Source of the DNA: Fimbriimonadales bacterium
GTDB taxonomy: Bacteria; Armatimonadota; Fimbriimonadia; Fimbriimonadales; ATM1
Reading direction: 5' to 3'
NCBI GenBank assembly: GCA_051003155.1
Contig: JBPCLO010000026.1
Coordinates: 1-64,000 of the forward strand
Length of the DNA stretch: 64,000 nucleotides
Below the pieces are notes generated by a model. That model saw only the letters and a list, made by a program, of their open reading frames with translations, made no database searches and was not told where the DNA came from. Each line of letters begins with the position of its first letter. The first letter of the stretch is position 1. Positions 26,710-37,439 of the stretch are shown here, piece after piece. Made by a program: the position numbers and the translations under genes.

Positions 26710-27974
26710 CGGCTCTTATCTCGAGCCCCATCGCGCCAGTTCTTCGAGAACTTGCGCCGATCTACGCGGCTGCTCCGCGAACTCAACTCGATGGGCGAGC
26801 CGGCAACCCTGATAATCTCGACGCCCGAGTAATACGCTTTCAGGATTTGGTCGTAGGTCTGTCCGGCGTTGGCGCGGCCGTTCGCTCCTGCCTGACACAT
26901 TCCGACGCCGTGTCCCCATCCTTTGCCCACGAATTTCCAACCGACTTCTGTCCGCCGAATGTGAAAGAGCGCGCTGCGGATGGCATCCGGCCCTAGAAGG
27001 CGGCGGAGGTCCTGACCTGTGAAATTCAGTTCTCCAGTGTCACCGACTGCCCTGACCGACAGCACGCGCCCGCTCGGACCTTTAACTTGGACCACGAGTT
27101 GTTGCAGCCCGCCGATGCGGCCCCGTTTGGACAGAGCAGCCGATAGCTGCTGTGTCGTATATTCCTTCGTCCAGTAAAAGTGCTTCGATTCGGCGGCGTA
27201 GGGGCGGCCCTTGGCGTCCAGGTCACGAATGGACCTAAGATACGGCAAGCCGGAACCGTTGAAGGATTCGGAAGCGTCTGCGGTTACTCCTCCCGACACC
27301 GTTGCGTACAGCGCTTCGATCGGACGTCCGGCGTAGATGATGATCTGATTCGACGTTACACGCACGGCCTCATCGGAACGTAGATCTTCGGCGTCGACAC
27401 CTTTATACGTGTGGCACCGGGTTGTGTCGTCTACGTCGAAGCCCTGGCCGACAAAGGCACCAATTTTGCCGATCGTGTATGTCCGGGCAGCGATAGCCTG
27501 CGCCTTCAGCGCTTCGGGGTGCCAACTAGGGGGCATCTCGCAAGGAATCACCCCCATCAAATACATTTCCAGAGGAAGCTCGTCAACTGCGGTCAGCTTG
27601 CCTCTTCTTGCGGTGAAGTGCAGCCATCCGCGGTACCTCCGCGCCGTCTTTGGGCCAATCAGTTTGATCCACGGTCCCGACGAACTGAAGTAAACCGCCG
27701 GATAGAGTTTGTCCCCGACCCTGACCTGATCGCCTTCCGCGACCACCATGGCGGTGGTGTCCGCCTTCCACCATCCGAAGAAGTCCGGCGATCGGGGGTC
27801 GTAGACCCCGAAATCGCCCTCGGACGTGAGCTTGAATCGCTCATGGCTGCCCATGCTCGCCAAACCGACCCTGATAACCGGGAACTCCCTATCCACGCAA
27901 TGTGCGTTGGTCCCGGCGCACGCGACAGCCAATGCGCAAACCAGCTTGTTTGCGCTATAGTGATAGTTGCCCAT
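26706..27974 (-). CDS. SpoIID/LytB-domain protein (lytic transglycosylase)
   Basis: YRG, LEMYLMGVIPCEMP.SW.PEALKAQAIAARTY, GKGWGHGVGMCQ.GA, ILKAYY. Confidence 0.92.
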   Translation of the reverse strand: MGNYHYSANKLVCALAVACAGTNAHCVDREFPVIRVGLASMGSHERFKLTSEGDFGVYDPRSPDFFGWWKADTTAMVVAEGDQVRVGDKLYPAVYFSSSGPWIKLIGPKTARRYRGWLHFTARRGKLTAVDELPLEMYLMGVIPCEMPPSWHPEALKAQAIAARTYTIGKIGAFVGQGFDVDDTTRCHTYKGVDAEDLRSDEAVRVTSNQIIIYAGRPIEALYATVSGGVTADASESFNGSGLPYLRSIRDLDAKGRPYAAESKHFYWTKEYTTQQLSAALSKRGRIGGLQQLVVQVKGPSGRVLSVRAVGDTGELNFTGQDLRRLLGPDAIRSALFHIRRTEVGWKFVGKGWGHGVGMCQAGANGRANAGQTYDQILKAYYSGVEIIRVAGSPIELSSRSSRVDRRKFSKNWRDGARDKSR

Positions 27975-28141
27975 CTTCGGCCCCTCCCTTGAATTGCCAA
28001 TTCATCCATGAACTGCTGCCCTACTTTACCGACGTTAGCGACAGCAAATGTGAATCTTGCACTTTTTTGCCAAACCATTGCTTTCCGCAGTGCGCTGGAG
28101 GTAAGTTTATTGTTTGCCGCCCACACCGCCAGGAGGTATGA

Positions 28142-31100
28142 ATGAAGGAGATTAAGCACCCCTCGAAGCGCATCGAACACGTCCTCGAGGTCCCGAATCT
28201 CATCGAACTCCAATTGAATTCCTATAAGTGGTTCTTGCGGGAAGGACTGCCGGAATTACTCAAAAGCTTCACTCCCATTTGGGACTTCACCAAAACAAAC
28301 TATATCGAGTTCCTCGATTTCTCCTTAGGTGAACCAAAGTACACGATACCGGAGTGTCGCGATCGCGATATTACTTTCGAGGCGCCGCTGAAAGTTCAGG
28401 TTCGCCTCGGTGGCAAGGATCGTGAGGTTATTGAGTCCGAAGTGTACTTGGGTGATTTGCCGCTGATGACCGACCAGGGGACGTTCATCATCAACGGCCG
28501 CGAACGCGTTATCGTTTCGCAGCTCAGCCGTAGCCCCGGCATCTATTTCGACGACGACGTGGATTTGTCCATGCAAATCCTCATTAAGTCGCGGGTTATT
28601 CCCAACGAAGGGCCTTGGCTCGAGCTAGAAAGCGAGCCGAATTTTGTCGTTCGATCTGCAATTAGCCAGTCCAAGAAAATCCCCGTCACCCAGTTGATCA
28701 AGGCCCTCAACGCCTTTGATGAAGCACGTTATCCCGTCCACCGAGTTCCGTCGAACGCGATCCACCGCAGGCTGGCAGAGCCGCTCGCCGACCCGGACAC
28801 CGGCGAGGTGCTCGCTGAAACTGACACGTTGATCACCCAAGACTTCGTCGATAGCCTGCCCAAGAAGCTACGTAACACGCAGGTGTTCACGTATTCACCG
28901 GTCGGGACGAACGAAGAACTTTTGATGACGTTCGGTACAAAGGTCACCTTGGATAAGCCGAAGGCCGCGGGATTGTATTCGATGCGGCCGCTCACAGATA
29001 TCAAGCAAGGCGAGGACCTGATCGTGGGCAAGCTGAAGCGAATAGACCGGGAAACCGCGGCGAAGATCGAGTCTCTTGGTCTTAAGAAGCTCGACGTGCT
29101 CAACGTCAATCCATTTATCGATGCGACGGTCGAGCATGATTCGACCAAGACAACCAAGGACGCGCTCCTCGATTTTCATAAAGGCATGCGTCCCGGCGAA
29201 TCGCCGAATGAAGAGACGGCAAAAACGCATTTGTTCGGTCTTTTCTTCGATAAGCGCCGCTATGACTTGGCGCGGGTGGGCCGAAGACAGATCAACCGCC
29301 GTCTCAACTTGGACGTTCCGCTGAACGTCCGCAATTTGACCATCGAGGATTTGGTCGAAGCCATCCACTATATGACTAAGCTTCGTGAAGGCGAAGTTTA
29401 TGGCGACGACATCGACCATCTGCAAAATAAGCGGGTGCGCTCGGTCGGAGAGCTGTTGCTGAGCCAACTACGTGTTGGATTCGTTCGCATGGAAAAGGTC
29501 GCCCGAGAAAGAATGACCAGCGCGGAGCAGGAGAACTTGCTACCAGGAATCATTCTGAGCGTAAAGCCGGTCAGTGCGAGCATCAAGAGCTTTTTCAGCA
29601 GCAACCAGCTTAGCACGTTCATGGACCAAACTAACCCGCTGAGCGAATTGACCAACAAGCGCCGCCTGTCCAGCCTTGGCCCGGGCGGCCTGCAAAGAAA
29701 TAGTGCGAAGCTAGAAGTGCGCGACGTGCACCGCAGCCATTATGGCCGTATCTGCCCGATCGAGACGCCTGAGGGTCCGAACATCGGCCTTATTTCGCAG
29801 CTGACGGTTTATGCTCGCGTCGACGAGTACGGATTGATCCAGACCCCGTTCCGGATTGTGAAGGACGGACGCGTTACGGCCGAGATTGTTTATCTTGCCG
29901 CCGGAGAAGATGATGACGCCCGTGTCGCTCCCGCCGATACGAAATACAACGAAAAGGGCGAGTTTCTCGCTGAACGCGTGCAGATTCGCCACCGCGGAAG
30001 CTATCCGACTGTCAACAAATCGGAAATCGATTACATGGACGTTTCACCCGTTCAGATTATTTCGGTCGCCACTTCGTGCATTCCGTTCCTCGAGAACGAC
30101 GATGCGAACCGGGCCCTAATGGGTGCGAACATGCAGCGTCAGGCAGTTCCGCTCTTACGCTCCGACAGGCCTATCGTGGGCACCGGATATGAAAAGAGGG
30201 CGGCGCTCGACAGCGGCGCTTCGATCGTCGCTAAGCGCGGCGGTACGGTAGAGTCGGTTACGGCGAAGGAAATTACCGTTCGGGCCGACAACGGCGACTT
30301 AGATAGATATTTCTTGGAGCACATGCGGCCGAGCAACAAATCGACCTGCTTTACGCACCGACCCGTAGTCTTCCCGGATCAGATCGTGGCAGACAGCCAG
30401 CCTCTCGCCGACGGCGCGACTTGCGATGACGGCCATTTGGCTTTGGGCAAGAACCTACTTGTTGCGTTCATGCCGTGGGGCGGTTACAACTACGAAGATG
30501 CGATTCTCATGAGTGAGCGCATGGTTACGGAAGACGTTTTCACGTCCATTCACATCGAACGGCACGACACGGAAGCAGTAGATACGAAACTCGGACCTGA
30601 AGAAATTACCAGAGATATTCCCAACGTCGGCGAGGAGGCACTGAAAGACCTCGACGAGAACGGCATTATACGCATCGGCGCCGAAGTTCGTCCTGAAGAC
30701 ATTCTCGTCGGAAAAGTAGCTCCCAAGGGCCAGGTCGAGATGACCGCTGAGGAGCGCTTGATCATCGCGATTTTCGGTAAGAAAGCCGAGGAAACCCGCG
30801 ACGCTTCCCTGCGCTTGCCGCACGGCGAGAAGGGAGCTGTCGTCGATGTGAAAGTGTTCAGCCGATACAAATATCGCGGAAAAGACTCCGGCAGGATTTT
30901 CAACGAATCCAAGAAACGTGAGCGGCTCGTCAGCGACATTACCGGTGAAGAGCTCGACCAACTCCCCGCCGATGAGTTGCCGGCAGGCACAAATATGACG
31001 GTCCAGGTTTATGTTGCCCAAAAGCGAAAGCTGATGGAAGGCGACAAGATGGCCGGTAGGCACGGAAATAAGGGTGTTATTTCGAAGATCATGGCGGTGG

Positions 31101-32116
31101 AGGATATGCCGGTGTTGCAGGATGGCACGCCTGTCGACATCGTCCTGAATCCGCTTGGCGTTCCGAGCCGAATGAATATTGGCCAAATTCTCGAGACGCA
31201 TCTTGGATATGCGGGCCAAAAGCTCGGTGTCAACTATATTTGCCCGGCTTTCGAAGGCAGTACCGAAGACGAAATTATGCAGGATTTGGCACGCATGGCA
31301 GAGTTGACGCGCCGAAACGTCTTGCAGGCATACGTAAAATCGGAAATGGGTCTTGATGTCGATTTTCCGAAGACTGCTTCAGTCGATGAGATGCTCGCTG
31401 AAGTCGAGAAATCATTGAGAACATTGGGTCAGACGCGGCTTGAAGAGATTTCTCGAATCGCCGCCGCGGAACCAGCGATGAGCGTGACACAGATGGATCC
31501 TGACGCTGAATTCGTCGTGTTAGATCACGAACCCGCGCACAAGGCAAATGACAAGGTTTATAGTTCGATCATCGCCAATATTCGAGACAATGTCTGGCGG
31601 CGGTCCGGAATCGAGGAGCATTCCGGAAAGAGTGTCATCCGCGACGGTCTCACCGGCGACACGGTGCCAAATCCGATCACGGTCGGAATTATATACATGC
31701 TCAAGCTGGAACACCTCGCAGAAGAGAAGGTTCACGCACGCAGCATCGGACCTTATTCGCTGGTAACTCAACAGCCGCTTGGGGGAAAAGCGCAGTTCGG
31801 TGGACAGCGATTCGGCGAAATGGAAGTCTGGGCTTTGGAGGCTTACGGCGCTGCAGCGATTCTGCAAGAAATCCTCACAATTAAGTCGGACGACGTCATG
31901 GGGCGCGTAAAAACGTACGAAAGTATTGTAAGAGGCGATACAATGCTGGAACCGGGAATTCCCGAGTCTTTCAAGATTCTCGTGAATGAATTGCGAAGTC
32001 TCTGTTTGAAAGTTGTTGTCGAAGACGCTAACAACAGAGAGATCAATCTGAAGGATATCGACGAACCCATGCCGGGCGACGATATGCGTTTGGCTAGATC
32101 GGTGGGATTCTCGTAA
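28142..32116 (+). CDS. rpoB: RNA polymerase beta subunit
   Basis: GRICPIETPEGPNIGLI, GANMQRQA, GDKMAGRHGNKG, GGQRFGEMEVWALEAYG; AGGAGG RBS. Confidence 0.99.
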   Translation: MKEIKHPSKRIEHVLEVPNLIELQLNSYKWFLREGLPELLKSFTPIWDFTKTNYIEFLDFSLGEPKYTIPECRDRDITFEAPLKVQVRLGGKDREVIESEVYLGDLPLMTDQGTFIINGRERVIVSQLSRSPGIYFDDDVDLSMQILIKSRVIPNEGPWLELESEPNFVVRSAISQSKKIPVTQLIKALNAFDEARYPVHRVPSNAIHRRLAEPLADPDTGEVLAETDTLITQDFVDSLPKKLRNTQVFTYSPVGTNEELLMTFGTKVTLDKPKAAGLYSMRPLTDIKQGEDLIVGKLKRIDRETAAKIESLGLKKLDVLNVNPFIDATVEHDSTKTTKDALLDFHKGMRPGESPNEETAKTHLFGLFFDKRRYDLARVGRRQINRRLNLDVPLNVRNLTIEDLVEAIHYMTKLREGEVYGDDIDHLQNKRVRSVGELLLSQLRVGFVRMEKVARERMTSAEQENLLPGIILSVKPVSASIKSFFSSNQLSTFMDQTNPLSELTNKRRLSSLGPGGLQRNSAKLEVRDVHRSHYGRICPIETPEGPNIGLISQLTVYARVDEYGLIQTPFRIVKDGRVTAEIVYLAAGEDDDARVAPADTKYNEKGEFLAERVQIRHRGSYPTVNKSEIDYMDVSPVQIISVATSCIPFLENDDANRALMGANMQRQAVPLLRSDRPIVGTGYEKRAALDSGASIVAKRGGTVESVTAKEITVRADNGDLDRYFLEHMRPSNKSTCFTHRPVVFPDQIVADSQPLADGATCDDGHLALGKNLLVAFMPWGGYNYEDAILMSERMVTEDVFTSIHIERHDTEAVDTKLGPEEITRDIPNVGEEALKDLDENGIIRIGAEVRPEDILVGKVAPKGQVEMTAEERLIIAIFGKKAEETRDASLRLPHGEKGAVVDVKVFSRYKYRGKDSGRIFNESKKRERLVSDITGEELDQLPADELPAGTNMTVQVYVAQKRKLMEGDKMAGRHGNKGVISKIMAVEDMPVLQDGTPVDIVLNPLGVPSRMNIGQILETHLGYAGQKLGVNYICPAFEGSTEDEIMQDLARMAELTRRNVLQAYVKSEMGLDVDFPKTASVDEMLAEVEKSLRTLGQTRLEEISRIAAAEPAMSVTQMDPDAEFVVLDHEPAHKANDKVYSSIIANIRDNVWRRSGIEEHSGKSVIRDGLTGDTVPNPITVGIIYMLKLEHLAEEKVHARSIGPYSLVTQQPLGGKAQFGGQRFGEMEVWALEAYGAAAILQEILTIKSDDVMGRVKTYESIVRGDTMLEPGIPESFKILVNELRSLCLKVVVEDANNREINLKDIDEPMPGDDMRLARSVGFS

Positions 32117-32167
32117 AACTAAATTGGGGCGAACATTCGAACGGCCCAAGGACGGAGGAACAAAGAT

Positions 32168-32791
32168 ATGGCTAGTGTAAGATTTGTGTTCGAAGAGGAC
32201 ACCGAAATCACGGTGAAGGCGAAGAGTGATCGCGGGGCTAAGCTCATGGTCACCGGCGTTCGCAAGCGCCTGGACGCTGGTGCGTCCCTCATTGAAATCA
32301 TCGGCGAGAAAGGCTCCCACTACATCAACGCCCAGCGACTTGCATATGTCGAATTGCTTCTCGACGAAGGCGCCTCGCGACCTAGAGTTACAGCCAAGGC
32401 GGCCGGAGCCAGGCGAGGCCGAAAACCCGCCGCAACGAAAGCCGGTACGGTAAAGCGCGGCCGTCCAGCCAAAGCGGGCGCGAGGACAATGTCAGCCTCG
32501 GTCGCACCTAAGCGGCGCGGACGCCCACCGGGCACCGGCGCAAAGGCGGTCGCGGCAAAGCCGGCGATCCGCAGGGGCCGTCCGCCCAAATCGCAATCCA
32601 CCACAGCTCCCAAGAAGCGCGGCAGACCGCCGAAGTCCGCTGTCGCGACCTCGACCGCTCCGAATAGACTGGGCAGACCGCCGAAGTCCGGTGTCGCGAC
32701 CTCGACCGCTCCGAAGAGACGGGGCAGGCCGCCGAAGGCAGTAACGACGGCCTCCGCTGCAGCCGCACCGAAGAAGCGCGGCAGACCGTAG
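32168..32791 (+). CDS. Multi-AT-hook protein with a small N-terminal globular domain
   Basis: GGAGG RBS; ~67-aa N-domain followed by about 8 (K/R)RGRP-type motifs in an Ala/Thr/Lys-rich tail. Confidence 0.85.
   Translation: MASVRFVFEEDTEITVKAKSDRGAKLMVTGVRKRLDAGASLIEIIGEKGSHYINAQRLAYVELLLDEGASRPRVTAKAAGARRGRKPAATKAGTVKRGRPAKAGARTMSASVAPKRRGRPPGTGAKAVAAKPAIRRGRPPKSQSTTAPKKRGRPPKSAVATSTAPNRLGRPPKSGVATSTAPKRRGRPPKAVTTASAAAAPKKRGRP
32621..32737 (+). repeat. 51-bp intragenic tandem repeat (17-aa AT-hook unit)
   Basis: GGCAGACCGCCGAAGTCCG.TGTCGCGACCTCGACCGCTCCGAA.AGAC.G occurs twice plus a partial third copy. Confidence 0.85.
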
Positions 32792-32819
32792 AAGAACTAA
32801 AGGAGTTCGCTAAGAAATA

Positions 32820-35800
32820 ATGCCGGATGTAACATTATTTGATCGCATCCGGATTGGCATCGCCAGTCCGGAAGATATTGTCGGATGGTCCCATGGTGAG
32901 GTTAAGAAGCCGGAAACCATCAACTACCGGACATTCAAACCCGAGCGCGACGGGCTGTTCTGTGAACGGGTCTTCGGTCCTGTTAAGGACTGGGAGTGCC
33001 ATTGCGGACGGTATAAGAAGGTCAAGTATAAGGGGATCGTTTGCGAAAGATGCGGCGTCGAAGTTACTCGTGCGCGTGTCCGCCGAGAGCGGATGGGCCA
33101 TATCGAGCTGGCAGCGCCTGTTTGCCACATCTGGTACTTGAAGGGTGTACCTTCACCGATCTCGTTGATCCTTGAGATATCACCAAGACTGCTCGAAAAG
33201 GTTGCTTACTTCGCTAGCTTTATCGTTATCGACATCGACCGTGAAGGTCTTGATGCCGGGGCGGAAGAAATCAAGGACGCTGTGGAACTCGAGAAGGAAG
33301 CCGTCAACCAGCAGATGGCTGAACTCGAGGAGGAGATCAGGAACCGGTTCGCCGAGGAACTCGAAGAGAACAAAGACGAATACGACGAAACGATCATTAA
33401 AGAGCGGACAAAAGCCATCACCGACCGCATAAAGGCGGAACAGCGTGAGACGGGCGACCGAATCAAGGAGATGGACGTCGCGATCGAAGTGCTGTCGAAG
33501 CTCGAACGCGACCAGTTGATCGAAGAAGACAAGTTCCGCGCTGTGGACCGTATGCTAGACGCCGTAACGCGGCGAACCGGAAAGGATTATTGCGCGATGC
33601 TCCGCGCCGGGATCGGTGCTGCTGCAATGAAGGAGTTGCTGGCCCGGGTCGACCTCGAGGGGCTGGCCCGTGAGCTTCGCCAAACGATCATGCGCAGCAC
33701 GGGTCCCAAACGGCTTCGGTCGATCAAGAGACTTGAGATTGCCGAAGCCCTGGTTCATTCGCGTACCCGGCCCGAGTGGATGGTCCTCGAGGTCGTGCCG
33801 GTCATCTCGCCCGAACTCAGACCGATGGTTCAGCTCGACGGCGGCAGATTTGCGACATCCGATCTGAACGACCTGTATCGACGAATCATCAACCGCAATA
33901 ATCGTCTCAAGAAGATTATCGAGATCAGAGCCCCTGAATCGATCATCAACCACGAGAAGCGCCTCCTTCAAGAGGCCGTGGACGCGCTCATCGACAACGG
34001 GCGCCGAACGCGTCCGGTTGTCGGCAGCAACAATCGCGCCCTCAAATCCTTGAGCGATATGCTTAAAGGCAAGGAAGGTCGGTTCCGAAAGAACCTGCTC
34101 GGAAAGCGCGTCGATTACTCCGGACGGTCGGTCATCGTTGTCGGTCCCCATCTCAAGCTACATCAGTGTGGCCTGCCGAAAGAGATGGCTCTCGAGCTGT
34201 TCAAGCCTTTCGTCATGAAGACCCTGGTTGAGCGCAAGCTCACGCAGAACATCAAGACGGCAAAGCGGATGATCGACCGTGTTCATCCGGCTGTGTGGGA
34301 TGGCCTCGAGGAAGTTATCAAGGAGCATCCGGTTCTCTTGAACAGAGCTCCCACTCTCCACCGGCTGGGCATCCAGGCTTTCGAGCCGGTGCTGGTTGAT
34401 GGCAAAGCGATCCAAGTGCACCCACTGGTCTGCCATGCATACAACGCGGACTTCGACGGCGACCAAATGGCCGTGCACGTACCACTTAGCGCCGCTGCGC
34501 AGGCCGAGGCCCGCGTCCTGATGCTCAGCACGCATAACCTCTTCTCTCCTGCGGACGGGCGCCCGACGATCTCCCCGATTCAGGACATCGTCCTCGGTGG
34601 ATATGCGTTGACCTTCGTGAGCCTGCAAGGCAAACAGAAGTTCGACGAGGCCATGGCCGCGCACAAGAAGAACGCTGAGAAGAACCCGGCGCCCCGCATC
34701 TATGCTTCGCCGGACGAGGCCATTATCTTGGTGGGCCATCCTGACGATCGCCTGAGGATCGGATTGAACGACCCGATTCAGGTCAGGATCATGCGCCCTA
34801 TTGGCAACCCCGCAGAGAATGGCGATGGCGAAACCGAAACGGTTTTTCGCGTTATGACCCCGGGCCAGATGATCTTTCACGAGATTCTCCCTTACCCACT
34901 CAAGCATCACGACGACTGGATTGGACTCGACCTCACCAAGAAGAATATGGCCAAGCTCATCAGCGAGGTCAGGCATGCAACCGGCAGTGAGACGACGATC
35001 CGGCTGCTCGACGATCTTAAAGAGCTTGGCTTTAGGTGGGCCACCAAGTACGGTCTGACGATCGCCATTACGGACATGGATCCTCCGGAGAAGCGGCTCG
35101 AGATCATCAGCACGACGGAAGCTAATGTTGAGAAGTTGACGACACAGTACGACCGCGGGCTAATCACGAACAACGAGCGCCGACAGAAGGTACTCGAAAA
35201 CTGGACCAAGGCCTATGAAGAGGTCGCCGATGCGATTATAGAGGGTATGGATCAGTTCAACCCTCTTGACATTGTAACGGTCAGCGGGGCCCGTGGGTCG
35301 AAAAAGCAGCTGACGCAGCTCGCCGGTATGCGCGGCCTGATGTCGGATCCGTTCGGTAATATTATTGAAGACTTGCCTATTCGGTCGAACTTCCACGAAG
35401 GTCTTGGCGTATTCGAGTACTTCGTCTCCACTCACGGCGCGCGAAAGGGTCTCGCCGATACGGCCCTGCGCACTGCGGATGCCGGCTACTTGACGCGCCG
35501 CCTGGTTGACGTCGCGCAGGATGTGGTTGTCAAGGCCATCGACTGTGGGACCACCGAGGGCATCTCGGTTCACAAGATCGTGAGCGAGGGTGAGACTGTT
35601 GAGAACCTCGGTGATCGTTGCCGAGGCCGCACCGCCCTCAACGACCTGACGGACCCACGAAATGGCACAAACCTCGTCGCCGAAGGCGCAGTGGTCACTG
35701 AGGAAGCCGCTCTAGTGATTTCTGCTTTGGACAAGGAGTTCGACGCGAAGTCGGGGTCCGCAGGCGACTCGGCCAAGGCCCTTGACTCGCTTCACAAGGA

Positions 35801-37433
35801 GTACAAGAAAGCCGGCTTCAAGGTCGGCGACCACGGCGAACTCGAGGTGTCCATGCGAAGCGCCCTTACCTGCGAACTCGAGCAAGGCATCTGTTCAAAC
35901 TGCTACGGCCACGACATGAGCAGCGGAAAGGCTGTCGAGGTGGGCGTAGCCGTGGGCATCATCGCCGCTCAGTCGATCGGCGAGCCCGGAACACAGTTGA
36001 CAATGCGTACATTCCACACGGGAGGCATTGCGTCTCAAAACGTGCTCACAGGCGTAAAGGATGTTCGCCGCCAGAAGGCGGGCGCCCTTCGAGAGATCAT
36101 GAGCGACCAGGATCGCGGCCTCGTTCAGTTTTCCGGTGACGAGATTCTCGACCTTAAGGGAGAGCAGCAGCTCGTCATCCGCGATATCACGGAAGCAACC
36201 GTTCAACAGGAGATCAAGAAGGTCGCCAAGCCGACGAAGGCCAATAGACTCAAACCGGCCGAACAAATCGCCGAGGAACGCGCCCGAAAGGCGACCCGCA
36301 CTTGGATGACCAAGCTGGTCAAGCTGCTCGAGAGCGAGATCAGCGGGATCCATCGAGTCGAGGAACTCTTCGAAGCCCGTCATCCCAAGGGTGAAGCGAT
36401 CATCTCCGAGTTCGACGGAGTGATCGCTCGAATCCACAAGGGAGAACGGGGCAGGTGGGTCGCCATCGAAACGACGCTAAAACTGGATGCATCCAACCTC
36501 GCGGGTAAAGCCGCGTCTCGGGACGTGATTAACCCCGACACAGGTGAGATCGAGATCCACGCCAGCCAAGAGGTAACGGACAAGGCTCTCATCAAGCTGC
36601 GTAAGGCCAAGCGCCAGAAGGGCGAGTCGCCGACCATCTCGGTTCTCGAACTGGTGCTTGTTCACTACCGCGGCAACCTCGAGGTGCGTGAGGGAGACAA
36701 GGTTCGCGCGAGCGACAGGCTTACCCAAGGGCCGCTCGATCCGCACAAGCTCCTATTACTCCGCGGTGTCCGCGGCGTTCAGGAATACATGGTGCGCGAG
36801 ATTCAGTCGGTGTACAAGGCTCAAGGCGTCGACATCAACGATAAGCATATCGAGGTCATCTGCCGGCAAATGCTCCGCAAGCGCCGAGTGAAGGAGGCCG
36901 GAGACACGGACTTCCTGCCTGGCCAGATCGCGGATCGCTTTGCCTTCAATCGCGAAAACGAGCGGGTGCAAGACATGATCGAAGCAGGCGATATGATTAC
37001 CTATGCGGACGAAGAAGGCAACGAAGTTAAGCGCAAGCCACACCTCGCTTCCGCCGACTGGGTTATGTTGGGCATAACGGAAGCTTCGTTGAATACGGAG
37101 TCGTTCCTCTCCGCTGCGTCGTTCCAGAAGACGACCAGGGTTCTGACCGACGCCGCCGTTCGCGGAAAGTCCGACGACCTAATCGGCCTCAAGGAAAACG
37201 TCATTATCGGCCGACTCATTCCGGCCGGAACAGGCTTCCCTGACTACCGAAACGTAGCTGTCGAACTAACGCGCCAGCCAACATGGGCCTCTCAATCGCT
37301 CACGGCGCTGGTAGACGCCGAGGAAGCTGAAGAGGTCCCGCGAGAGGAGGTCAAGGAACTCGAGGAGACCGAGGTCGGCGACCTCCGGACCTTAGCTGAA
37401 AGCCTCGGCGCCGACGTCGGCAAAAATCAATAG
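32820..37433 (+). CDS. rpoC: RNA polymerase beta' subunit
   Basis: [69 protein letters not shown]. Confidence 0.99.
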   Translation: MPDVTLFDRIRIGIASPEDIVGWSHGEVKKPETINYRTFKPERDGLFCERVFGPVKDWECHCGRYKKVKYKGIVCERCGVEVTRARVRRERMGHIELAAPVCHIWYLKGVPSPISLILEISPRLLEKVAYFASFIVIDIDREGLDAGAEEIKDAVELEKEAVNQQMAELEEEIRNRFAEELEENKDEYDETIIKERTKAITDRIKAEQRETGDRIKEMDVAIEVLSKLERDQLIEEDKFRAVDRMLDAVTRRTGKDYCAMLRAGIGAAAMKELLARVDLEGLARELRQTIMRSTGPKRLRSIKRLEIAEALVHSRTRPEWMVLEVVPVISPELRPMVQLDGGRFATSDLNDLYRRIINRNNRLKKIIEIRAPESIINHEKRLLQEAVDALIDNGRRTRPVVGSNNRALKSLSDMLKGKEGRFRKNLLGKRVDYSGRSVIVVGPHLKLHQCGLPKEMALELFKPFVMKTLVERKLTQNIKTAKRMIDRVHPAVWDGLEEVIKEHPVLLNRAPTLHRLGIQAFEPVLVDGKAIQVHPLVCHAYNADFDGDQMAVHVPLSAAAQAEARVLMLSTHNLFSPADGRPTISPIQDIVLGGYALTFVSLQGKQKFDEAMAAHKKNAEKNPAPRIYASPDEAIILVGHPDDRLRIGLNDPIQVRIMRPIGNPAENGDGETETVFRVMTPGQMIFHEILPYPLKHHDDWIGLDLTKKNMAKLISEVRHATGSETTIRLLDDLKELGFRWATKYGLTIAITDMDPPEKRLEIISTTEANVEKLTTQYDRGLITNNERRQKVLENWTKAYEEVADAIIEGMDQFNPLDIVTVSGARGSKKQLTQLAGMRGLMSDPFGNIIEDLPIRSNFHEGLGVFEYFVSTHGARKGLADTALRTADAGYLTRRLVDVAQDVVVKAIDCGTTEGISVHKIVSEGETVENLGDRCRGRTALNDLTDPRNGTNLVAEGAVVTEEAALVISALDKEFDAKSGSAGDSAKALDSLHKEYKKAGFKVGDHGELEVSMRSALTCELEQGICSNCYGHDMSSGKAVEVGVAVGIIAAQSIGEPGTQLTMRTFHTGGIASQNVLTGVKDVRRQKAGALREIMSDQDRGLVQFSGDEILDLKGEQQLVIRDITEATVQQEIKKVAKPTKANRLKPAEQIAEERARKATRTWMTKLVKLLESEISGIHRVEELFEARHPKGEAIISEFDGVIARIHKGERGRWVAIETTLKLDASNLAGKAASRDVINPDTGEIEIHASQEVTDKALIKLRKAKRQKGESPTISVLELVLVHYRGNLEVREGDKVRASDRLTQGPLDPHKLLLLRGVRGVQEYMVREIQSVYKAQGVDINDKHIEVICRQMLRKRRVKEAGDTDFLPGQIADRFAFNRENERVQDMIEAGDMITYADEEGNEVKRKPHLASADWVMLGITEASLNTESFLSAASFQKTTRVLTDAAVRGKSDDLIGLKENVIIGRLIPAGTGFPDYRNVAVELTRQPTWASQSLTALVDAEEAEEVPREEVKELEETEVGDLRTLAESLGADVGKNQ

Positions 37434-37439
37434 GCTGGC

